DNA from: Lingula anatina | Taxonomy: Eukaryota; Animalia; Brachiopoda | Length of the DNA stretch: 64,000 nucleotides | Reading direction: 5' to 3' | NCBI GenBank assembly: GCA_051362555.1 | Contig: CM120644.1 | Span: forward strand, 628,954-692,953 | Shown: in pieces, positions 24,901 through 34,900 of the stretch | Numbering within the stretch: position 1 is the stretch's first letter | Layout: every line of letters begins with the position of its first letter | Notes under the pieces: model-generated | Database searches by the model: none | Told to the model about the DNA's origin: nothing | What the model saw: the letters and a program-made list of their open reading frames with translations, nothing else | Made by a program: the position numbers and the translations under genes

Positions 24901-27900
24901 TGTTGTAGATGTGACAGTGTGTTGGATGTGACAGTGTGTTGGATGTGACAGTGTGTTGGATGTGACAGTGTGTTGGATGTGACAGTGTGTTGGATGTGAC
25001 AGTGTGTTAGATGTGACAGCGTGTTAGATGTGACAGTGTGTTGGATGTGACAGCTGTTGAGTTGCCAGGCTGTGTGAAGCTCTTGTATTTTTTTGTATTT
25101 TTTTACTGAGTTTGAATAAGTTTGTGGACTAAAACTTATTAAAGAAAACATTACCAACTGCTGCCACCATTGTTTCCTTACCTATGATAATTTCTAAAAT
25201 AGTTGACACTTTGCTGCCTGAGAGAATCTTGTAATCCTTCAGATTTACTTCCACAGAATTCTTCACCAACCTGAATTAGCCTGTGAAAAGAGAATACAAG
25301 AACAAATAACCCTTGGTGAGGGAAAAGATAAATCCACTTGATGTTTTGCTTTACTAAAGGACTATTTTTAAACTTCCATTAGCATTGACTTAAATAAACT
25401 TGTTAAGCTGTGAAGCATTTGTGTGTCTCATCATAGCCAGCAAACAATTGCAAATTGTTTACATTAAAGTGCTGATGTGACTGAGACTAATAACAGTTGC
25501 ACAGATTCTGATGAGAAGGGACCTGGCTTCACAGGATGCACAGTTATCTAGAATACAGATAAAATGCCATGTATTGAAATACAGGTGAACAACAAGAAAA
25601 TCCTTTTTTTTTTAGTAAACTCAGTGTCGACTGTATATTTGGTTTCTGAATTTGTGCGCAATAAACCAAAACCAATGTTTAACAGATATCAAGTGCTACT
25701 GTGTAAAATAAACATTTTAACTCAGTGCCACTGATATCTCACCTGTTGACAATGTCCAGCACCTGGATGAACTCATCGAATTTAAAAGTGGACATATCCA
25801 GACTGAGGACATAGGTCTTCACCTTCTGCTGGACGTCTTGCCAGATACGCTCCAGTCCGTGCTCCAGCTTCTGCTTCACATATCTCCTGTTGAACACGGC
25901 CTCCACACTGCTGCCATTGGAGTCTGCAATATCAGAGACTGGTTGAGATTGTGTTAGGTGTGACAGTGGAGATTTTACATTGTGTTAGGTCTGAAAGTGG
26001 AGATTTTACATTGTGTTAGGTCTGAAAGTGGAGATTTTACATTGTGTTAGGTGTGACAGTGGAGATTTTACATTGTGTTAGGTCTGAAAGTGGAGATTTT
26101 ACATTGTGTTAGGTGTGACAGTGGAGATTTTACATTGTGTTAGGTGTGACAGTGGAGATTTTAGATTGTATAGTATCTATCACAGTAAGAGAAATGCTAC
26201 AAATTCATCCAAAAATTGTAGCTCTGTTCATAATAACATCTATCCTATGTTTCCTTTTAAAATATTTAAAATTGGTGAAATTTATACTTTTAAAGTTTAA
26301 GCAATTGAAATTCTTCAGAAATTTAATGTTAAAAGTGTTATGTTCATGCACCACAAAGAGAATTGATACATTGATAGCAACCTGAATCTTGAGCCTCTTG
26401 TTCCTGTCTCTCGTGCCACTCGATGGTTTGATAATAACTCTTCATCACTTCCCACAATGCCTTGCACAGGTCCACAAGACATGGGTAGAACGTTTCTATA
26501 CTGATGTGCTGGAACAGACAGACAGAAGGGCTCAAAACAAATATACTTAATCTTTTCTGTAACATTTATTTCTTTGGTCCTGTAAGTTTTTGATTATTAT
26601 TATTTTATAAGGTGTTTAAAAAAATAGAGATGAAAAAACAGGTTTGAAAATATAGCACTGATTTCCCAAGATAGGGGAAAAAATAAAAGGGATTTTCTGT
26701 AACAAGCAGGGTAAGAACAGAGATGCTGCCCTTCTTATCTTCCTTTAGTTAGAATTTCTCGTTTATTTAGATCAATTTCAGGCAGTTTCAAAATAACAGA
26801 AACAAAATTCATATCTATGAAACAACACACAAACAGATCTAAATTCATGAAATGTCAAATGGGTGAAAAAAATAATGAAATAACCAATAATAAACAAACC
26901 AATCAAAATACAAACAGATTCAAATTGCAGCTTGCTGAATCATTTTCTTATCTCTTTTCCAAAAACGTATCATTCTAGAGGGGTATGTGTTAAAGCCCTT
27001 TGATATATAAGATATCTATCTCTGTACCAATGGCAGTATGATGTCCCAGGGTTTGAAGCAGTGGAATGCATTTTTGCAGATGGTTCATTAATTGTAGTCC
27101 TAATTTTCTGTTATAAAAGCACCAATTATACAAAGATTTTTTCTCCTCTTTCAACTTTTTTGACAACCAAACTAAATAAAAAACTTTCACACAATTATGC
27201 AAAAATGTTGATCAAACGTAAATATTTTTAATCACCTCAACAAAATTGCCACACAATGTTAATATTGCTGAGATTAGAATGTCTGAGGTGTGTCATCTTC
27301 TGGATGTGTTAGGTGAGACATCTCTCTGAATGTGTTTGGTGAGACATCTCACTGAGTGTGTTAGTTGAGACATCTCACTGAGTGTGTTAGGTGAGACATC
27401 TCCCTGAGTGTGTTAGGTGAGACATCTCCCTGAGTGTGTTAGTTGAGACATCTCACTGAGTGTGTTAGGTGAGACATCTCCCTGAGTGTGATAGTTGAGA
27501 CATCTCACTGAGTGTGTAAGGTGAGACATCTCAGTGTGTTAGGTGAGACATCTCACTGAATGTGTTAGGTGAGACAGCTCACTGAATGTGTTAGGTGAGA
27601 CAAATTCCCCAAGCCACATCTAACACAACCACACAGGGCTGCATGGATATCAGCAGTTAGTTGAATGAAAATATTCCTACATACTCACCACATTGCTAAA
27701 CAGGCGCTATCATAAAATCCAATACAAATATGTTAATCTACCTGTTACAGTGCCATTAAATTTACAGATTCAGAATTCAAAGAAAGAAGTTTATCAGCTA
27801 AGATAAAAGAAAGGTGACACAGAAACAGCAGTTGGATTATTCAAGAAATTTTTGAGACATAGAACTGTTAGAATTTAGATGTAACAGGTTTAAACTCTAA

Positions 27901-30900
27901 AATCATACATCAATTTTCTCATAGTAAACAAGACGCAGGTTCTCATAGTGCCATGTTTAAGCAAAAGTCTAAACAATAAAAAACTCTACTCATCCAGAGA
28001 CAAAAAGTCCCCAACTCGGCTCTATAACCTATGAAGGAGCTAGCATGCACTAGTCTTTCACATATAATGTCAGTATACTTACCTTACACAGGTCAGAGTA
28101 CTGTCTCTTCTGGAAATTGCTGTCTGCCGTCCCCGAGGTCAGCTCTACGTAACCCAGTACAATGGTGAAGGCAGTGTTATGGATGGCACTAGTGAAATGC
28201 ATGTGTAACTGGTCCATGGCAGTCTAGAGATAACAAGGTATAGATATAACTGTGATAATATATAACCCAGTACAATGGTGAAGGCAGTGTTATGGATGGC
28301 ACTAGTGAAATGCATGTGTAACTGGTCCATGGCAGTCTAGAGATAACAAGGTATAGATATAACTGTGATAATATATAACCCAGTACAATGGTGAAGGCAG
28401 TGTTATGGATGGCACTAGTGAAATGCATGTGTAACTGGTCCATGGCAGTCTAGAGAGAACAAGGTATAGATATAACTGTGATAATATATAACCCAGTACA
28501 ATGGTGAAGGCAGTGTTATGGATGGCACTAGTGAAATGCATGTGTAACTGGTCCATGGCAGTCTAGAGAGAACAAGGTATAGATATAACTGTGATAATAT
28601 ATAACCCAGTACAATGGTGAAGGCAGTGTTATGGATGGCACTAGTGAAATGCATGTGTAACTGGTCCATGACAGTCTGGAGAGAACAAGGTATAGATATA
28701 ACTGTGATAATATATAACCCAGTACAATGGTGAAGGCAGTGTTATGGATGGCACTAGTGAAATGCATGTGTAGCTGGTCCATGGCAGTCTAGAGAGAACA
28801 AGGTGTTATATGATGTTACCATGTCAACAGCACTGAGTAATATGAGGCACTTTCACATGCGGCAATATACTTTAGCGATGTAAAGTCTACATTTGGTGTA
28901 TTTTGAGATGTTGTTGGATGTAATTACACTAGAAGGGGTCTACTCTCTTTCAGATATAGTCATTGAATAATATATGATCCTTTTCACAAGAGCAATATAC
29001 TGTAATCATATACAGTTAAGATGCGATGTATATTAAGAAGTTGTAACCTGTCATTATACTATGGGATGTATACTCTTTTTCACAAATTGTCCAGAACTTT
29101 GCTGGCTGGTCTAACATGCATCATCAAGCCATGCACAGTGTCTTCATGTAACTGACTGTCTTGTGTCAAAGTTGTGACATGTCATAGGACAGTGTCAGTT
29201 CTACCTACCTGTGTCTTCCCCAGAAGTCTGTATGCATGTTGAACTTTCTCATAGTGTCTGGTGTCAAAGTTATGACATGTCATAGGACAATGTCAGCTCT
29301 ACCTACCTGTGTCTTCCCCAGAAGTCTGTATGCATGTTGAACTTTCTCATAGTGTCTGGTGTCAAAGTTATGACATGTCATAGGACAATGTCAGCTCTAC
29401 CTACCTGTGTCTTCCCCAGAAGTCTGTATGCATGTTGAACTTTCTCATAGTGTCTGGTGTCAAAGTTATGACATGTCATAGGACAGTGTCATCTCTACCT
29501 ACCTGTGTCTTCCCCAGAAGTCTGTATGCATGCTGAACTTTCTCATAGTGTCTTGTGTCAAAGTTCTGACATGTCATAGGACAGTGTCAGCTCTACCTAC
29601 CTGTGTCTTCCCCAGAAGTCTGTATGCATGTTGAACTTTCTCATAGTGTCTGGTGTCAAAGTTATGACATGTCATAGGACAGTGTCAGCTCTACCTACCT
29701 GTGTCTTCCCCAGAAGTCTGTATGCATGCTGAACTTTCTCATAGTGTCTGGTGTCAAAGTTATGACATGTCATAGGACAGTGTCAGCTCTACCTACCTGT
29801 GTCTTCCCCAGAAGTCTGTATGCATGTTGAACTTTCTCATAGTGTCTTGTATCAAAGTTCTGACATGTCTTGGACAGGGCCACGTCAAGCTGTTCCTCTA
29901 TCATCTCCAGAGTGTCGTGGAGCTTGGAGCTTAACTCACTGAAAATACAAACACAGCAATGAAGTTTGGTCTCTCTTTCTCTCTCTCTCTTTCTGTATAT
30001 ATGTGTGTGTGTATGTCCATCTCCTAGACTATCACCAGAACAGACAAACATGTGCTGAGTTGATGTACATTGTAAATCAGACTGTAATCATTGGTGTATG
30101 AAATGTGTTAGGTGAGATAAACTGTCTCACCTAACACAGCTGATGTGGTGTATGAAATGTGTTAGGTGTGATAAACTGTCTCACCTAACACAGCTGATGT
30201 GGAGTATGAAATGTGTTAGATGTGATATGCTGTCTCACCTAACACAGTTGATGTGGAGTATGAAATGTGTTAGATGTTATAAGCTGTCTCACCTAACACA
30301 GCTGATGTGGAGTTTGAAATGTGTTAGATGTGATAAGCTGTCTCAACTAACACAGCTGATGTGGAGTATGAAATGTGTTAGATGTGATAAGCTGTCTCAA
30401 CTAACACAGCTGATGTGGAGTATGAAATGTGTTAGATGTGATAAGCTGTCTCAACTAACACAGCTGATGTGAAGTATGAAATGTGTTAGATGTTATAAGC
30501 TGTCTCAACTAACAAAGTTGATGTGGAGTATGAAATGTGTTAGATGTTATAAGCTGTCTCAACTAACACAGCTGATGTGGAGTATGAAATGTGTTATATG
30601 TTATAAGCTGTCTCATCTAACAAAGTTGATGTGGAGTATGAAATGTGTTAGGTGTGATAAGCTCTCTCAACTAACACAGCTGATGTGGTGCATAAAATGT
30701 GTTAGGTGTGATAAGCTGTCTCAACTAACACAGCTGATGTGGAGTATGAAATGTGTTAAGTGTGATAAGCTGTCTCAACTAACACAGCTGATGTGGTGCA
30801 TAAAATGTGTTAGGTGTGATAAGCGGTGTCAACTAACACAGGTGATGTGGAGTATGAAATGTGTTAGGTGTGATAAGCTGTCTCAACTAACACAGCTGAT

Positions 30901-31960
30901 GTGGTGCATAAAATGTGTTAGGTGTGATAAGCTGTCTCAACTAACACAGCTGATGTGGAGTATGAAATTTGTTAAGTGTGATAAGCTGTCTCAACTAACA
31001 CAGCTGATGTGGTGCATAAAATTTGTTAGGTGTGATAAGCTGTCTCAACTAACACAGCTGATGTGGTGCATAAAATGTGTTAGGTGTGATAAGCTGTCTC
31101 AACTAACACAGCTGATGTGGAGTTTGAAATGTGTTAGATGTGATAAGCTGTCTCAACTAACACAGCTGATGTGGAGTATGAAATGTGTTAGATGTTATAA
31201 GCTGTCTCATCTAACAAAGTTGATGTGGAGTATGAAATGTGTTAGGTGTGATAAGCTGTCTCAACTAACACAGCTGATGTGGTGCATAAAATGTGTTAGG
31301 TGTGATAAGCTGTCTCAACTAACACAGCTGATGTGGAGTATGAAATGTGTTAAGTGTGATAAGCTGTCTCAACTAACACAGCTGATGTGGTGCATAAAAT
31401 GTGTTAGGTGTGATAAGCGGTGTCAACTAACACAGGTGATGTGGAGTATGAAATGTGTTAGGTGTGATAAGCTGTCTCAACTAACACAGCTGATGTGGTG
31501 CATAAAATGTGTTAGGTGTGATAAGCAGTGTTAACTTACACAGCTGATGTGATGTATGAAATGTGTTAGGTGTGATAAGCTGTCTCACCTAATGCAACTG
31601 TAATGTTTAAATGTACTGGCAGCTTTCTGGCACTCCAGACACAGCTGTATTGCACCAGGGTAGTCCTCCTCCTGAAAAATCACCAAATAAATCTATATAT
31701 GAGTAGCTTGGATATATTGACCTAATAGTAATAAAATGGCAATACATTCCTTAATTAAAACTGATTTGAGAAATAAAACTTATGCAGTCAAGCTTTATAA
31801 AATGGAAGAAACTAATTTACTATAGATGTATGTATGTATGTAGGTATCCGTCATCATTCGACTTCAAATTAATATGATAAATAAGCCCTCATACCCACCT
31901 CCATCATTTCTCTGAGCCTTATGTCAGTTCGTTGCTGAAAAATAGGAACTTTTAATAATA

Positions 31961-31991
<31 letters not shown>

Positions 31992-34900
31992 TGAATGAAT
32001 ACATTTCTCTTTCTTGTTTCAAATTTCATTCATAAATTTATATAACATTTTACACAGCAATTTAACATGGAGTAAATACATTTAACATGGAGTTAATACA
32101 TAAACAGAAATTCTCCATATTACTAGGAAATGTCATACTTACCAATGTCTTTATCATCCTGAGAGATTTCAGTAAAGCTATGAGTTGTTGTCTTTTCCTG
32201 AAGTTCTTCAGTAGACCTAAACTGGCAGTGGTGAAGACACTCTTAGCTAGAGTCAGCTGACTGGAAGACAGAAAGAACATTTGTGTTAGGTGTGCCACAG
32301 AGTATGACTGGCAGTGGTGAAGACACTCTTAGCTAGAGTCAGCTGACTGGAAGACAGAAAGAACAATTGTGTTAGGTGTGCCACAGTATATGACTGGCAG
32401 TGGTGAAGACACTCTTAGCTAGAGTCAGCTGACTGGAAGACAGAAAGAACAATTGTGTTAGGTGTGCCACAGAGTGTGACTGGCAGTGGTGAAGACACTC
32501 TTAGCCAGAGTCAGCTGACTGGAAGACAGAAAGAACAATTGTGTTAGGTGTGCCACAGAGTGTGACTGGCAGTGGTGAAGACACTCTTAGCCAGAGTCAG
32601 CTGACTGGAAGACAGAAAGAACAATTGTGTTAGGTGCACCAGTCTATGGTTTATCATTGTGTTAGGTGTGCCACAGTATATGACTGGCAGTGGTGAAGAC
32701 AGCCAGAGTCAGCTGACTGGAAGACAAGAAAACCAAGACTTATCTGTAGATATAACATTGTGTCAGGTGGAGCAGTGACTGATTTATAATATTGTATTAG
32801 GTGTGACAGTGTGTAAGATGCATTCTGTAGATATAACATTGTGTCAGGTGTGACAAGTGTGTTAGATGCATTCTGTAGATATAACATTGTGTCAGGTGTG
32901 ACAAGTGTGTTAGATGCATTCTGTAGATATAACATTGTGTCAGGTATGACAAGTGTGTTAGATGCATTCTGTAGATATAACATTGTGTCAGGTGGAGCAG
33001 TGACTGATTTATAACATTGCATTAGATGTGACAGTGTGTTATTTGCATTCAGTATAACAGAATGTAGTGACAGTGTTTAATGTGACAGTGTGTTAACTGC
33101 AGTAGTATGTTAGGTGTAACACTGTGCCAGAGTGTTTGATTTATCATTGTGTTAGGTGTGCCAGAGTGTATGTCTTTTAAAAACTTGAGTTAAGTGTGTC
33201 AGTGTGTTAGGTGTGACAGTGTGTTAGATGTGACAGTGTGTTAGATATGACATTGTAATACAACAGCCCCACCTTCTCCCGTCTGCACATATTGCACTGG
33301 CGTGTTGCAGTGTGGCCTGGAGCTCCATCACCCTCTGAAGTTCTGCCGCATACGCTGGGTGGTTCTCCAGCACAAGTTCTGACACTTTCTTTGATACCTG
33401 GAATAATAAGGTCAGAGGTAATGACACAGTTTACAGGTCAAAGGTCATAGGTAATGACACAGTTTACATGTCATCAGTGACTTAAATGCTAAGAGAACTA
33501 TATATGAAGTATGTGCAGATAAATGTCTTGCAAAAAATATCTTAATTACTAAACAAAAGGAATGGTTTTCATTTGAAAACCAAGTATGAATGTGTTCTCT
33601 ACACTGTTATACTTACAACTTGTAGCTGTTTTCTCAATTTTGTCCTGTCATCATCTATCTCCTGAAGGTTTAACTTCTCTGGAAGTTTCTGGAAATCATA
33701 TACACACAATTTTTAAATTCATAATGCATAATTTTTTTGATTTTTTGGAATTTCGGCAAATCTTTAAAAAATGCATGCAAACCCTTATAAACAACAAAAA
33801 ATAAGAGCATCAATGAATATGGATATGAATAAGTTGGCACAAACCAATTTCTAAAGGAAAAGTCACTAAAAAAATGATAAAATGTTTTGTTAAACATTCC
33901 CTGTCTATTATTCTCCCCTCCTTAATCTGTAAGACTGGGTTCCTGAACCTTGATCGATCTAACAGGATCAGTCTATCTCTTACCGGTTTCTTGTGAAATT
34001 GCTTTCAGCTTAAGTGGCTTAGATGTCTAGCATGTCTACTAAAGTTGCTAAATGATAATTACCCCCTAGCAGCATCAGCAGGCGTGCCAGACATGTAAGT
34101 CAATAAAGCTGATTGCAATTTAGGGAGAATCCCCTTGGAGATAGATTGATCCACAGTTAGTACGAAAGGGTATATATTATAATATGAATACTTACAGCCA
34201 GTTTAAACTCACTGGAATCATACATCACATTAACCCTGGTATATGTTATAATATGAATACTTACAGCTAGTTCAAACTCACTGGAATCATACATCACATT
34301 AACCCTGGTATATGTTATAATATGAATACTTACAGCTAGTTCAAACTCACTAGAATCATACATCACATTAATCCTGGTATATGTTATAATATGAATACTT
34401 ACAGCTAGTTCAAACTCACTGGAATCATACATCACATTAACCCTGGTATATGTTATAATATGAATACTTACAGCTAGTTCAAACTCACTGGAATCATACA
34501 TCACATTAACCCTGGTATATGTTATAATATGAATACTTACAGCTAGTTCAAACTCACTGGAATCATACATCACATTAACCCTGGTATATGTTATAATATG
34601 AATACTTACAGCTAGTTCAAACTCACTGGGATCAAACTCCTCCCCTCTGTAGTAGTCAGCCTCTATGGACTCCAGGAGATCTCTGTCAGCATGAGGGTCA
34701 TTGGGCATGTCTATGTGGTGGATATGTTCCTACAATACAGGACATAATGTGGTAGGTGAGACAGCTGAGCATTTGATCTCAACCTTACAAATTGTAGTAA
34801 GTGAGACAGCTGAGCATTTATCTCAACCTCACACATTGTGGTAGGTGAGACAGCTGAGCATTGGATCAACCTTACAAATTGTGGTAGGTGAGACAGCTGA

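Noticed and set aside
28145-28782. Five MDQLHMHF ORFs as tandem genes or mutually exclusive exons
   Set aside because: They are partial 5' copies of VPS50 exon 10 lacking its 3' half and a good donor, so they are not complete alternative exons.
30143-31534. 352-aa and 109-aa Cys-rich ORFs (CVRCDK repeats) resembling zinc fingers
   Set aside because: These are translations of a 54-bp satellite, antisense within a VPS50 intron. The frame is open only because the unit length is a multiple of 3.
30095-31592. CRISPR-like array (palindromic repeats at regular spacing)
   Set aside because: The inter-repeat segments are near-identical rather than unique spacers, the context is a eukaryotic intron, and there are no cas genes.
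24853-33255. TTAGG telomeric repeats
   Set aside because: TTAGG occurs only singly inside a longer motif, never as (TTAGG)n or (TTAGGG)n.
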